64,000 nt of DNA from contig BDGG01000004.1 of NCBI GenBank assembly GCA_001949185.1, forward strand, positions 3,877,777 to 3,941,776, given 5' to 3'. The notes beneath the pieces were generated by a model. That model made no database searches, was not told the DNA's origin, and saw nothing but the letters and a program-made list of their open reading frames with translations. The position numbers were made by a program, and so were the translations under genes. Origin of the DNA: Ramazzottius varieornatus (taxonomy: Eukaryota > Animalia > Tardigrada). The stretch's first letter is position 1, and every line of letters starts with the position of its first letter. Shown piece by piece: positions 63,948 to 64,000 of the stretch.

Positions 63948-64000
63948 AAGGACCCAAATTTTCAATATCAAAACTGATAATATAAAAGACCGTACTCGTC

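Noticed and set aside
1-64000. Prokaryotic systems (CRISPR, operons, defence islands)
   Set aside because: The sequence is spliceosomal-intron-rich animal DNA with no regularly spaced repeat-spacer array.

Overview
Gene-dense animal (eukaryotic) genomic window with many short GT-AG introns (mostly about 50-130 nt) and one 561-nt assembly gap. The architecture suggests a compact invertebrate genome such as a tardigrade; this is inference only. Reconstructed spliced genes, in order: ORP9/10/11-type oxysterol-binding protein (-), Lmx1 LIM-homeobox (-), TAX-4/CNGA channel (+), disordered orphan (+), coiled-coil orphan (-), DNAJB Hsp40 (-) with an HSE/TATA promoter, tRNA-Thr(AGT), caudal/Cdx (+), dihydroxyacetone kinase (-), SCAPER-like (-), ALKBH7 (+), PRKCSH (-), PPME1 (+), INPP4 (-), AGA (+), a basic orphan antisense to AGA (-), TRIM2/3-like filamin-NHL protein (+), CCHamide/bombesin-type GPCR (+) and the last exon of ALDH4A1 (-). 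Several non-autonomous DNA-transposon (MITE) types are present. I see no clear wholly new multi-gene system. The best leads are a TRIM-NHL protein with a relic RING, an intron-associated palindromic repeat family, a His-rich CNG turret insertion, an intron splitting Cdx homeodomain Q50, orphan proteins, and possible ancient ParaHox-linked synteny. All exon boundaries were read by eye.
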